Positions 63,829 through 64,000 of a stretch of DNA of 64,000 nt are shown one piece after another. The stretch is taken from NCBI GenBank assembly GCA_026025075.1, contig JAPEUI010000013.1:124001-188000 (forward strand). Direction: 5' to 3'. The notes under the pieces are model-generated. The model searched no databases. It was not told the origin of the DNA and saw nothing but the letters and a program-made list of their open reading frames with translations. This DNA is from Vezdaea acicularis. Its lineage: Eukaryota. The translations under genes and the position numbers were made by a program. Numbering within the stretch: the first letter of the stretch is position 1; every line of letters begins with the position of its first letter.

Positions 63829-64000
63829 ATGCAACCCCAAACTTCTCTCACCTCAAAAGCTCTACCGCTCCGCCCAGTCACCCGCCTCAAACCAGTCCGT
63901 TCCAGACGACGCTTATACGCAACAGTAACAGCGACAACTCCTGCTGCCCACCGCTCCGGCGTACACCCAGCAGTTGTACCGATACAACGCTTTCCGCCTA
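63829..64000 (+). CDS. 5' end of a mitochondrially targeted protein, probably ribosomal uL10m (YmL11-like); runs off the window
   Basis: Good Kozak context acaATG; Arg-rich, acid-free presequence MQPQTSLTSKALPLRPVTRLKPVRSRRRLYATV..PIQRFPP. The RFPP motif recalls fungal uL10m N-termini (recollection only). Confidence 0.55.
   Translation, partial: MQPQTSLTSKALPLRPVTRLKPVRSRRRLYATVTATTPAAHRSGVHPAVVPIQRFPP

Noticed and set aside
1..64000. Transposons, CRISPR arrays, rRNA or snoRNA genes
   Set aside because: No transposase/RT motifs, terminal repeats, regular repeat-spacer arrays or convincing box C/D pairs seen by eye; an Infernal/Rfam scan would be needed to exclude small ncRNAs.

Overview
Eukaryotic, intron-containing DNA from a filamentous ascomycete (Pezizomycotina-type GT..CTRAC..YAG introns, ~50-230 nt). 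Most of the window is a dense block of housekeeping genes: gluconokinase 3' end, Zap1/ZafA-like C2H2 factor, SVIP-like, Prp5, mitochondrial HMG-box, LYR protein, Mms2, Mon2, THO Tex1, a Zn2Cys6 factor, mito L2, cyclin B, GPI wall protein, aldo-keto reductase, Cus2/Tat-SF1, Dpb4, HAD phosphatase, epoxide hydrolase, Rcd1/Caf40, Gir2, a coiled-coil protein, Acl4, Rpb12, Trp4, and the start of a probable mito ribosomal protein. The notable exception is an accessory island at ~54.7-59.3 kb. It holds three highly diverged, intronless, Cys-rich genes with hydrophobic leaders that share one cysteine scaffold. One looks intact and multi-modular; the other two stop at the same motif; a fourth relic is possible. 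This is a candidate effector-like family undergoing birth and death. All family assignments come from motif recognition by eye, not from database searches. No tRNA, rRNA, CRISPR or recognisable transposon was found.
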